Source of the DNA: Octopus vulgaris
Lineage: Eukaryota
Length of the DNA stretch: 64,000 nucleotides
Assembly (NCBI GenBank): GCA_951406725.2
Contig: OX597826.1
Span: 1,178,001-1,242,000, forward strand
Reading direction: 5' to 3'
The position numbers were made by a program, and so were the translations under genes. Below, one piece after another: positions 50,631 through 62,259 of this stretch (position 1 is its first letter; every line of letters starts with the position of its first letter). The notes under the pieces were generated by a model. That model worked only from the letters and a program-made list of their open reading frames with translations, searched no databases and was not told the origin of the DNA.

Positions 50631-52507
50631 GGGCTGATCCAAATTTTGTGAAATAGATGGAAACTATGTGGAAACTTCCTTTTAGTTAGACTACTTCTAA
50701 TTGAAAGAACCTTGTCCTAATTCTGTCTGAGTATTAAAAGTGCATATATCATCATCATTTTAACGTCTGTTTCTTCATGCTGGCATGGGTTGGACGGTTT
50801 GATAGGAGCTGGCCAACTGAAGAACTGCCTGGGCTTCCATGTCTGTTTTGGTGTGGTTTCTACAGCTGGATGCCCTTCCTAATAGCAACCACTTTACAGA
50901 GTCTGCTGGATGCAGCTCCAGCATGGGCGGTTTCACATGGCACAGGCATGGGTGCTTTTATACATGACACCAGCCCATAAGATAACAATCATTCAGCTAA
51001 AGCGGGATGCAGGGGGCATGTCTGTATGCAAGGATAACAACAATTTTACTTAGCTTGATGTGTCTTCACAAGGACAGCAAAGCACCAGAAATCTCAGTCC
51101 CCTGTCATCCCCTCTGTGAGACCCATCTGAAGATCCTTTCTCACCACTTCATCCCATGTCTTCTTGGGTCTATCCCTTCCACAATTAGAGATTGACACTT
51201 CTTGACAGTTCCCTCCACAATTAGAGATTGACACATTTTTGTAGAATGCTCAGCCACTTATAGTGAAGTGAGAATGAAGATGTATAGCCTCATGGTTAGA
51301 ATGTTGGGCTTGTGACCTTAAAATCACAGGTTCAATTCCTGAACCAGCCAGCATATTGAACTCTTAAGCAAGGCACTTCTTTTCACAATGCTCCACAATA
51401 CTCAGCAGAATTGAGTGCCAGCCAACTACTGGTATATCGTTCTCTCCCTCCAGCTGTGACATGCTAGATGTTCTGTTAGGTCCAAGAGTCGGAGAGACTG
51501 GCAGAATCGGTAGCACACCGGGCGAAATGCTTAGCAGTATTTCATCTGCTGTTACGCTCTGAGTTCAAATTCCACCAAGGTCGACTTTACCTTTCATCCT
51601 TTTGGGGTTGATTAAATAAGTACCAGTTATGCACAGGGGTCGATATAATCGACTTAATCTGTTTGTCTATCCTTGTTTGTCCCCTCTGTGTGTAGCCCCT
51701 GTGGGCAGTAAAGAAATAAGAGTCGGACAGCTGACAGGATGTCTGTTTCTGACCACTTGGGTATTTAAAACAATTAGCAAAAGCATGATATGGGTGCAGG
51801 CATGGTTATGGTCTTGGGTTCAGTCCTGCTGCATGGCACCTTAACCCTTTAACAGTCATATTAATCTGTTAAACGTATATTTATTAAATGTTTATTCATT
51901 CACATTGTTCTGAATTAATCCAGCAACATCTCGTAGCTTTGAGATTTCAATGGTGTGATTGGTTATTTTTAGAATGACATTGTAGGATAGGTGTGAGAGG
52001 CTGGATCTGGCTGGTTTTGAACATAAAACAGAATATTTGGGCTGGATTTGACCGGTTTAAATGCTAAAAGGTCTTTTGTAACCTTGGGCCTAATAAAACA
52101 TTGTGAGTGGGATTTAGTAGATGGAAACTGAAAGAAGCTGTGTGTGTGTGTATACCCTTGTCTTAACATCATGTAAACTGGTTGTAAACAAGTGTCACTG
52201 TTATACAAGCAGTGCTGTTCATTTCCATTCTTCTGTGACAAACATGTCTGGTGATGGGGAAATATTACTTTGCATGGTAGCATGTGAGGGTTGGTGACAG
52301 GAAGGGAAAATCTGCCTCAACAAATTCCGTCTGACTCGTAGTAAGCTTGGAAAAGTGGACATTAAACAATGGTGGTGGTACATGTTATTAAGTCAGCCTT
52401 GATTCTGAATGTCGTCTTTAGTTTAGGTTTACCCTATAATAGAATGAATAGGTAAGCTGGTAGAAGAACCGTTAGCACACTGGACAAAATGCCTAGTGGT
52501 ATTTCTT

Positions 52508-53260
52508 TTAGCTTATATGAACTGCTCCAGTGTATCTACCACCTATGAACCCTACATTTTCGGACACTCTGCTTGTGATTCCACTACATCTCTTGTGCGT
52601 CCACAGCTTACATTGAGTACAGCATATGGAGTTTATAGCTACTCGGTTTCTGCATATTGAGCAAGGCCATTTCCTTGAAGGTATCGGGGTTGTGTCTTCT
52701 TTCCTACTTACTAAAACCTTTGTCTTTTCTCCGTTTATCTTAAGGCCTCTAAATTCCAGGTTTAACTTCCATTCCTGGAATTCCTTCTCTAATTTCCCTA
52801 TGGATTCAGCTATGAGAACTAGGTCATCAGCATATAGGAATGTCCATGTCCAGCCAATGATGGTCTGTAGGACTATGATTGATGGGAGGGGGCTAAGAAC
52901 TGAACCATGATGGGCTCCAAACCTCACACTAAATCCCTCGCAGAAGTCGTTGTTGACTCACTTTACTTACTGTGTCTTTGTACATAGCTTGCACAGCTCT
53001 TGCAAGCCATTCGTCAATGCCTAATTTCCGTAATGACCACCAGATAACTGTATATGGTACCCCGTCAAAAGCCTTCTCCAGATCAACAAAAACCAAGTAT
53101 TATTTCTATTGTAGCCTCACTAGGAAGATTGCATCTGTTGTATGCCTTCCAGGTACAAAACTAAACTGCATTTTATCTAGATCTATCCTGTCACAAATCA
53201 GTTGCGCAATGACTCTCACTGTGGCCTTCTTCACCTGATCCAGTAATTTAATGCCTTCAT
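52508..53260 (-). mobile_element. RTE-clade RT fragment
   Basis: HHGSVLSP, FLYADDLVLIAES, GLKINGEKTKV, WPCSICR..CTQCKLWTHKRCSGI. Confidence 0.88.
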
Positions 53261-53460
53261 TATCATTTTAACATCTACTTTTCCATGCTTATATGAGTCG
53301 GATGGAATTTTAGCTGAGGCAGATTTTCTACAGTTGGATGCCCTTCCTGTGACTGACCCTGCCAGATTTTGCTTGCACGATGGTGTAACTCACTTAAAAC
53401 CATTAAGCAGTGTCAAGACATGAGCACAGTAACACAGACACGCAAATATATATATATATA

Positions 53461-53880
53461 TCTATTATATAAAATCTGTTCTGTGTGTGTGTGTGTGTCT
53501 TCTAGGATCTCGGGCATCCTCCATCCGATTGCACTCAAATTTGATATGTAGATACCGATGGTATCAGGGTGTGTATAAGTCTTGAAAAAATTACAAAAAT
53601 CAATTCTGGGTGAGAATGCAATCGATAAAGCTGTGGGAATGTGCATTTGTACGTGCAAGTACGTCAGCTGTTGCCATCGATATTATGCATACGCGAGAAA
53701 AATGCACGTGCAGTTTGCACAAAAAAAGCCGGCTGGCTTGAAATAATGGCACAAAATGCAGAATATTTAAGAGACCAAAAAAGTAAGATGCAAAAGAGAT
53801 ATTTTCTTCAAACATGGCATGAAAGAAAGAAAGACTATTTGGTTTCTCAAGAAGTTTTTTTTTTGCCTTAACTTTCTATC
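53461..53880 (+). mobile_element. Non-autonomous Helitron-like 5' fragment
   Basis: Begins TCTATTATATAAAA, then (GT)n and CCGATTGCACTCAAATTTG, typical of Helitron-N heads. Confidence 0.5.
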
Positions 53881-54035
53881 TTTATTTCTTCTTTTGCTGG
53901 TGTCTCAAATTTAGGTTAAATCAGTGTTTCTCAAAGGGGAGGCCTATGGGATGGTCGGACAAGTTGTTTTGAGAAAATTTGGTTTAAATGTTTGACAACT
54001 CAGCACTGCCCCTTGGACAGGGGGCGTTTTGCACG

Positions 54036-54077
<42 letters not shown>

Positions 54078-54569
54078 AATACATACAATGGGCTTCTTTC
54101 AGTTTCTGGCAAACAGATCCTCATACAAGGCCTTGATCAGCCTCAGGCTATAGAAGAAAACACTTGCCCAAAGTGCCACATACTGGGATTGAACCAGAGA
54201 CCATGAGGTTGGGAAGTAAACTTCTTACCCCCACAGCCACACATCAGCTCATTAATTTTTTAAACAAGTTTTTTTCCTTTTTCTTCCCTTGTTTTGGAGG
54301 GGGGTGGGGGTGTAATTTTTGTAACTTTTTGATTGAGTGGATCAGACAAGGTAGAACAGTGTCTAAAATCCTTTGTAGAGCCTCCAAGGCTAGGGTCGGG
54401 CTGGAGAGACATCCTCAGACTGGAAGTCTAGCCCATGGTAGAATAATTTTAATACACAGCAAGTTTCATTCTAAACCAAACAATGTTGGTGCAAAACATT
54501 AATTTCTCTTGTAAAGAAAAATGTTAAACTTAAATTTTTTTTTCTTAATTTTTCTATTTTTCCTCTCAG

Positions 54570-54680
54570 CTGATGACATGGGTCTTGGGAAAACTCTGAC
54601 TATGATTTCCTTCATTATGAAACAAAAACAAGAAGATTCCAGCTTAGAAAAAAAAGAGGAAGAAGAATGGTTGAAAAAAG
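54570..54680 (+). CDS. TTF2: TTF2 exon 12 (Walker A)
   Basis: ctcag/gtatga; ADDMGLGKTLTMISFIMKQKQ...EEWLKK. Confidence 0.96.
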
Positions 54681-55265
54681 GTATGATGTGTTCTTTTATT
54701 TGCATGCTCCTGTGAAATTTGCTGGTGAAACGAAATGGTTGAGTGGATAAGGGATAAGATAAGGAACTATCAAAATAATGAGTTCAAATCTCTGCCAGTG
54801 ATTTGTCGTCTTTCTTAAGAGAACATATTACCCTACATCATTTCAGTTCACTCCACCATGTTTGTTTCTCATCACCATCATTTACCATTCATTTTCCATG
54901 CTGGCATGGGTTAGGTGGTTTCACTGGAACTGCTAAGCCAGAGAGCTGTACCAAGCTCCACTCTGATTTGGCTTGGTTTCTATGGCTCGATGCCCTCCTT
55001 AATGCCGACCACTCTAAGAGTGCCTTTTATGTGTCACCAGCACAGGCAACAACTACTATTTCACTTGGCTTCACATGTCTTCTCACATAGCATATCATTA
55101 AAGGTCTTTGTCTTGATATCACCTGATAATCAGATAAGCATTGTCATGCCTTTCCAATATTTCGCAAAAACATGTCTTTCCGTAGAGAAATACTGTCTTA
55201 TATTTTTAAACAGGTGAGGGTTGGTGACAGGAACGCCATCTGGCAGTAGAAAGTCTGCTTCAAAA

Positions 55266-55312
<47 letters not shown>

Positions 55313-55321
55313 GATAATAAT

Positions 55322-55564
55322 GATAATAGTAATAATAATTTCTTAAGTAACCAGAAAATAGATTTGGTATTAATCTTTATTTTGTACAACAGTTAGTTTG
55401 ACCCTTCTACTGTCCATTATGGGTGGGAATCGTTCAATGCAATATGTTGAAAGAAGTCCCACCCATAAGGGACAATAGTAGGACAAGTCAAAACGACTGT
55501 TATATAAAATAAAGATTAATACCAAATCCATTTTCTGGTTACTTAAGAAATTATTATTATTATC
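55322..55564. repeat. Palindrome with ~107-bp arms and 28-nt spacer
   Basis: 55322-55428 is the reverse complement of 55457-55564. Confidence 0.85.
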
Positions 55565-56184
55565 GCAACAAACACTGTGGAATTCCTGTAGTAGATCCAA
55601 CGGAAATACATCCCAACAGTAGATGACACCAGATTGCCCAAACGGTGCCAGTGCTTTACTCAACACTTCAACACACTAATTGACATGCACTCATTAGTCC
55701 AAAAATAATTGAACCAAATTCGATGACTGGCACCTGTGCCAGTGGAGCATTAACAGCTCCATCTGAGCAGGATCACTGCCAGAGCAGCTGTCTGGCTTCC
55801 GTGCCAGTGACATGTAAAAAGCACCATTTGAGTGTGATTGTTACCAGCGTCACCTTACTGGAACTTGTGCCAGTGGCACGTGAACGAAACATTCGAGCGA
55901 GGTTGTTGCCAGTGCTGCTGGACTGACTCCTGTGCAGGTGGCACATAAAAAACACCACTTGAACGTGGCTGTTGCCAGTACCGCCAGACTGGCCCTCATG
56001 CCGCTGGCACATAAAAGCACCCACTACACTCTCGGAGTGGCTGGCTTTAGGAAGGGCATCCAGCTGTAGAAACACTGCCAGATCAAGACTGGAGCCTGGT
56101 GCAGCCATCTGGTTGCCAGTCCTCAGTCAAATCGTCCAACCCATGCCAGCATGGAAAGCGGACGTTAAACAATGATGATGATAG

Positions 56185-56226
<42 letters not shown>

Positions 56227-56365
56227 CGTATGTGCTCATACGCTTCAGGCATGTATATAAATACATCGTTTATCTTGCTATTTTTTGTACTTCCCACTTA
56301 TCAAACCTGTTCAGTGTTCTTGCTAAAGCCAACAGCTGATTTCTTCTGTGTCTTCCTTCACATAG

Positions 56366-56519
56366 ACAGCAGACATGTAATAAAGAGTAAATCCACCCTA
56401 ATCATCACACCAGCTTCCCTGGTACACCAGTGGGGAAAAGAAGTTGAGGCCAGGTGCAAAAGAGGTTCGTTAGATGTCCTCATATACCATGGACCAAACC
56501 GAGAAAGGAATATCAATGT
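56366..56519 (+). CDS. TTF2: TTF2 exon 13 (motif Ia)
   Basis: catag/gtaagt; SRHVIKSKSTLIITPASLVHQWGKEVEARCKRGSLDVLIYHGPNRERNIN. Confidence 0.95.
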
Positions 56520-57311
56520 GTAAGTAATGCTAACATTGTTTTCTACTCTAGGCACAAGGCCCGAAATTTTTGGGAAGGGGACCAGTCGATTAGATTGACT
56601 CCAGTACGCTACTGGTAATTAATTTATCGACCCAGAAAGGATGAAAGACAAAGTCGACCTCGGCGGAATTTGAACTCAGAATGTAATGGCAGATGAAATA
56701 CTGCAAAGCATTTCGCCAGTGTGCTAATGTTATTTCTTTACTGCCCACAAGGGGCTACACACAGAGGGGACAAACAAGGACAGACAAAGGGATTAAGTCG
56801 ATTACATCGACTCCAGTGCATAACTGGTACTTATTTAATCGACCCCCGAAAGGATGAAAGGTAAAGTTGACCTCGGCGGAATTTGAACTCAGAATGTAAC
56901 AGCAGATGAGATACCGCTAAGCATTTCGCCTGGCGTGCTAACATTTCTGCCAGCTCGCTGCCTTAAGTAATTCAATCATTATCACCATAATGATAATGAT
57001 GGTGATGGTCATTATTATCAGTTCTCATCATTGCAATCACAATCAACACCATAAATATTATTGTGGCTATTTTCTTCACCATTGACATCTTGTCTTTTTT
57101 ATCATCATCATCATCATCATCATTGCCATCATCCTCATCCTCCTCCTTTCTGCTATCATAAACATCGCCATCAACATCATTGTTATCATCATTATCATCA
57201 CCAATATTATTGTAGCATCACAGCTTCTACGTTGACAAATCTTTGAATTTACGTCTTATAATCTTTGTCTTCTCCCTGAAGTCTGTACTAATATACATAA
57301 AATTCTTTCAG

Positions 57312-57441
57312 GATAACCTCTAAGGATATTGTTCTCACTACATATAAGGTTGTTAGTTTGGAAATTGGACGGAAGGAAGACACTGCAATTGCTGACCGAT
57401 CTCTCACTGAAGAAGAAGAGAATGAGGTAGAAAATGAGCCA
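57312..57441 (+). CDS. TTF2: TTF2 exon 14
   Basis: tttcag/gtaagt; ITSKDIVLTTYKVVSLEIGRKED...ENEP; an in-frame alternative donor after 57426 is possible. Confidence 0.9.
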
Positions 57442-57626
57442 GTAAGTAGAAATTTTATACTATTGTTGTTGCCATTGATGCAAACACTTACTTATATTGA
57501 TACCAAGCCATATTGAATTATTCATATTTAAACTAAAAATGTGATTGAAATCTTGTTACAGCGTGAATGACAATGAGATTTCAGTTGGTTAACACTAACT
57601 TGATGCCTGCCAACATTTAAACTAAT

Positions 57627-57700
57627 GTCAGGATGGCCGAGTGGTCTAAGGCGCCAGACTCAAGGTACATATGATGCACCTTGACCGGAACATTGAGATG
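57627..57700 (+). pseudogene. tRNA-Leu(CAA) 5' half plus probable intron; 3' half absent
   Basis: GTCAGGATGGCCGAGTGGTCTAAGGCGCCAGACTCAAG is the canonical 5' exon; no variable arm, T arm or 3' acceptor strand follows. Confidence 0.8.
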
Positions 57701-57734
57701 TTTTAATTCTTATGCTCGTGCAGGAAAGGTTATG

Positions 57735-58000
57735 TCAATTCCCAACCAATGGATCTTGCCCCTGCAGCATTAGTTTTGGAGGGAAAAAGTAAAGCCAGAT
57801 AATTTTCAAATGCACCTTGTACTGTTTATACACCGTGTTTTCCTTTCCTGAAATAAAAAATAGCATCAAATGGCAAAAATGTATCTCATTTCCCTCCATT
57901 GTCATTTTCAATAAAGTGTCCACTTCAATGATATAAAAAGATTTGTTGAAATATTGCCTTTCAGGAAATATGTGTTATATGCTTGTGCCATATGAAAAAA
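57735..58000 (-). mobile_element. mariner 5' fragment
   Basis: MEGNEIHFCHLMLFF resembles the mariner N-terminus MEDKKVHFRHLMLWE at 46261. Confidence 0.5.
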
Positions 58001-58203
58001 AATAGGTGTTTAAACGCTACCAAGTGAAAAATGGTGCAAACCCTCACCCATGTTTGTGTGTGGGGGTGTATATATGATGTGCACTTTTTTTATACAAAAT
58101 TAAGGATAAAACCACTTTAATGATTTTATCAAGTGGCCAGCATGGAATAATAAAAACCATACAGGTTACATATTATACTAATTTATAATTATATAATATA
58201 ATT

Positions 58204-58350
58204 ATATTAAAGGGTGTAGATAACCCCCACCAACATGCTAGAAATAGATGCCAAATGGTTCTAAAAACCACATTGTGTAGATGTGGTTTTTAGAGCCATT
58301 TGGCGTCATTTTCTAGCATGTTGGTGGAATTTATCTGCATCCTTTAATAT
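58204..58350. repeat. Palindrome with ~70-bp arms and 7-nt loop
   Basis: 58204-58273 / 58281-58350; preceded by the same leader motif as at 4880 and 28390. Confidence 0.85.
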
Positions 58351-58826
58351 ATATTATAAGTTAGTATGTATATATGATGTGTGTATAGGTGCAGGAGTGG
58401 CTGAGTGGTAAGAAGCCTGCTTACCAACCACATGGTTCTGGGTTCAGACCCACTGCATGGCACCTTGAGCAAGTGACTTCTACTATAGCCTCGGCCTTGT
58501 GAAGCCTTGTGAATAGATTTGGTAGATGGAAACTGAAAGAAGCCCATTGTATTTATGTCTGTGTAGGTTTGTAATTTGTGTCTGTGTTTGTTCCCCTACC
58601 ATCACTTGACAACCGATGTTGGTGTGTTTACATCCCTGTTACTTAGCGGTTTGGCAAAAAGTGACCGATAGAATAAGTACTAGGCTTACAAAGAATAAGT
58701 TCTGGGGTCAATTTGTTTGACTAAAGGTGGTGCTCCAGCATGTCCACAGACAAATACCAGAAACAAAAGAATAAAAGAATATGTACACACACACACATAT
58801 ATGTACTGTTTATACGTATACCTATT

Positions 58827-58864
<38 letters not shown>

Positions 58865-59367
58865 TATACCTATTTGTATATATATATATATACATATATA
58901 TACCTATTTGTATATATATATATATACATATATATACCTATTTGTATATATATATCCCGTCTGGCCTCCGTGCCGGCGGCACGTAAAAGCACCATCCATT
59001 CGTGTCCGCTGCCAGCCTTGCCTGGCCCCCGTGCTGGTGGTACGTAAAAGCACCATCCGTTCGTGTCCGTTGCCAGCCACGCCTGGCCCCCGTGCCGGTG
59101 GCACGTAAAAGCACCGTCTGTTTGTGGCTGTTTGCCAGCTCCGTCTGGCACCTGTGCGGGTGGCACGTAAAAAGCACCCACTACACTCACGGAGTGGTTG
59201 GCGTTAGGAAGGGCATCCAGCCGTAGAAACACTGCCAGATCAGACTGGGCCTGATGCAGCCTTCTGGCTTCCCAGACCCCAGTTGAACCGTCCAACCCAT
59301 GCTAGCATGGAAAACGGACGTTAAACGATGATGATGATGATGTATGTGTATTTCTCTTTCGTTTCAG

Positions 59368-59558
59368 GTGTGTCAAGGTAAATTGCCACTGCTGTTGCAA
59401 ATACATTGGAAGAATGTCATTCTTGATGAAGCTCATGATATTCGAAACTATAAGTCCCTCACTGCAACATCAGTTACTCGATTAAAAGCTTCGTCCAGGT
59501 GGATGTTGACAGGTACACCCATCCAGAATAAATTGTTAGATATGTATTCTCTACTCAG
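59368..59558 (+). CDS. TTF2: TTF2 exon 15 (DEAH box and motif III)
   Basis: tttcag/gtgaga; LLQIHWKNVILDEAHDIRNYKSLTATSVTRLKASSRWMLTGTPIQNKLLDMYSLL. Confidence 0.97.
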
Positions 59559-59689
59559 GTGAGAATTTTGCTTTGTATATTTTTTACTTTTTGTCTTGAA
59601 AAGCATTTGGACATTTTTGAAGTTTTTGGTTGGTGGAAAGATGGGCAGTTTTTTATTCATCATTATCAGTTTATTCTACATCAACTACT

Positions 59690-59940
59690 TTTTATTCTTC
59701 CTCTACTTGCTGCTCCTCTTCTTATTCTTCTTGCTCTTCATCCTCTCATTCTTCCTTTACTAATTCTTCTTTCTCCTCTTTTTCTTCCACTTCTTCTTAT
59801 TCCTCCCTTTCTCCTCCTCCTCTTCTTATTCCCCTCCTCTTTTTGCTCTCCTCCTGTTAATCCCCTTCTTGCTCTCCCCTTATTCTTCCTCCTCCTCTTA
59901 TTTTTCCTCTTCTTATCCTCCCTCCTCTTCCCCCTCATCA
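59690..59940. repeat. Polypyrimidine (CTT/CCT) low-complexity tract
   Basis: Almost purely C/T on the + strand. Confidence 0.85.
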
Positions 59941-61289
59941 ATAGCAATCATATTACTATGTTCAGTCTGAGTTGAAGCTCTTCTCTCACTTTCTTGCAGC
60001 TGTTTCCATAGGTTCATTTCTTTATTCATTTGTTTTACATCAGTTATTTTCCCTTCCTGTATGGGTTAGATGGATACATATCTCCAAGGTATTGCTTTAC
60101 AGCCAGATGTTATCCCTGTTACTAACTCTTACCTGTTTTTTTTTTTCCAAGTTAGGACTGTATTTCATTCTTCCCATCTTTGAAAACACACATCTAGAGG
60201 ATGATTTGTTGACGGATAATATCAACAACGTTCACCATTTGTTGTTCATGTTTCATGGGAAAAATAGAATGTAAACATTCAAACACACACTGACACACAG
60301 ACGAGGGGTTGCTGAAAAGATCCTGGCTTTAAGGGTATCGTGAAAGGCCTAGTTGGAAGCCCAACCTTCTGAGTTCTTGTACATGGCTTAGAAAAACTGA
60401 AGGACCAATGCATTAGGTGTGTGAATTTGAGAGGGGTATGTGTTGAATATAACCATAATCAACTGATCCTCTTGTATTTTCTTTTACCCAAAGTCAGGAA
60501 CTTTATAGCACCCCCTCGTATGTGGACATGTGTATTAGATTAGGTTAGATTGCCCATATTTAGTCCACTGCAGGATGAAGTCCTCAGCACGAGTTCTCCA
60601 TCAACCACAGTCTGATGTGGAGGCTGTGAATTTGAGCTTGAGATCATACTGGTTCAGTGAGCCCACCCTGCTACACTGACTTGACATGGTTGGGCAGTGG
60701 GATGCAGTTTTTATACTCAGGAGTAATCAAGTCAATGACATCAACCCCAGTGCTCAATTGGTATTTATTTTATCAACACCAAAAGGATGAAAAAGCAAAG
60801 TCAACCTCGGTGGAGTTTGGAATTAGAGTGTAAAGACAGCTGAAATACTGCTAAGCATTTTGCCCAGCATGCTTACAACTGTCAGCTTTCTGCCTTGTGT
60901 ATACATTTATAATACATGCCAAAGCAGACTGAAACCTGGTGCAGTCATCTTCTGGCTTCCCAGACCCCAGTCAAACCTTCCAACCCATGCCAGCATGGAA
61001 AAAGGATGTTAAATGATGATGATATGCATATACATTTACATATCTCTACATGTATGCACACACAAATATGTGCGTGAATATCTGAATCTATAGTAGGAGA
61101 CACCTGGGATTGAACTTAAAACCATGTATTTGCAAAGTGCCCTTCTTCACCATGTACCCCAAGTAAAGCTGTGAATGTAAGCTGCTGGAACGCCTGTCTG
61201 CTTTCCACTCATTTGCCATCTGTGGACGAGGTCTTGGCCAACACCAACAACTTATTTGCTTCTTTCCATTATTTTCCTCTTCAATTCAG

Positions 61290-61354
61290 ATTCCTACGTT
61301 TTAGACCATTTGACGAATATAAAGTATGGAAAAATCAGGTGGAAAGCAATGAGA
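61290..61354 (+). CDS. TTF2: TTF2 exon 16 (donor uncertain); gene continues beyond the window
   Basis: ttcag acceptor; FLRFRPFDEYKVWKNQVESNE; candidate donors are GC after 61354 or GT after 61358 or 61338. Confidence 0.85.
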
Positions 61355-61559
61355 GCAAGTATTTCCTTTCTTTTACCTTTTTTCTTTCTTTTTATTTTAA
61401 AGTCGGGCATTTATGGCGATTCCAATGAGAGTGATCCAAGACAATCAAACTGAGGATAAGAGAAGTTGTGAACAACTGGCAGTTGAGAGATAGGCATCTT
61501 TATCTCCTGAATTATTTTTGTCATTCTGTCCATTCGTTTACCTGCAATTGCTACTCTTC

Positions 61560-62249
61560 AGCTGTATTTTCAACAATACATGGTTAATAAAAACCATGTG
61601 TGCTAAAATTTTGTCCTTATTATGTAAAATCGTCTCTATACAGTTGTGCGACTCATCCCAAAAGATTGTGCCGTTGCTATCACTTTTTCACAGCGTTTTA
61701 TCACAGCCAGTTTATCTTCCAGCACTATAGCATGGCGCTTAGCGCTTTCACTAGGAATTTTCTTCGGAGCCATGGGGACAAAAAATAAAGTCACAAATGA
61801 ATGAGAATGAGAAAGTAGCCAATAAACTGACCTAAGCAAATCTGAATTCAAAACAATCACGGGAATCACGAGTGATAATGACACCTAACAGTAGGTATTG
61901 GAACTACAGTGCAATATGAGCTCTGAAAGACCGATAAATAAAACAACACAGCTGATTTCATGATTTCATTCACTAAGCTACACTACTTTATGGTGTGTGT
62001 CTTAACATTTACTGTACGTATTTTAATATGATTTTATATGCTTTTATTCTTATTTATTGTACAGTAACCTGATTTTATGTGCTTTCAACGGTTCTCTAGT
62101 GATTTCACGATTCCAATATTTGTGGTGGACAGACGTAAAGTCGAATAAAATGACTTAACTTGATTTTTATTTTTCTATATATTATTTTTGAAAACTGATG
62201 TATAATTGGGAACGACTAAAATCAAAATGACTAAGTCGAGGTATGCCTG
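61560..62249 (-). mobile_element. pogo/Tigger 5' fragment
   Basis: TA-flanked TIR CAGGCATACCTCG on the minus strand at 62249; MAPKKIPSESAKRHAIVLEDKLAVIKRCEK, a CENP-B-type HTH start. Confidence 0.7.
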
Positions 62250-62259
62250 TACGTGTAAT

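Noticed and set aside
58686-59975. Long YI-repeat and Leu/Pro- or Arg-rich ORFs
   Set aside because: Translations of (TA)n microsatellite and polypyrimidine tracts.
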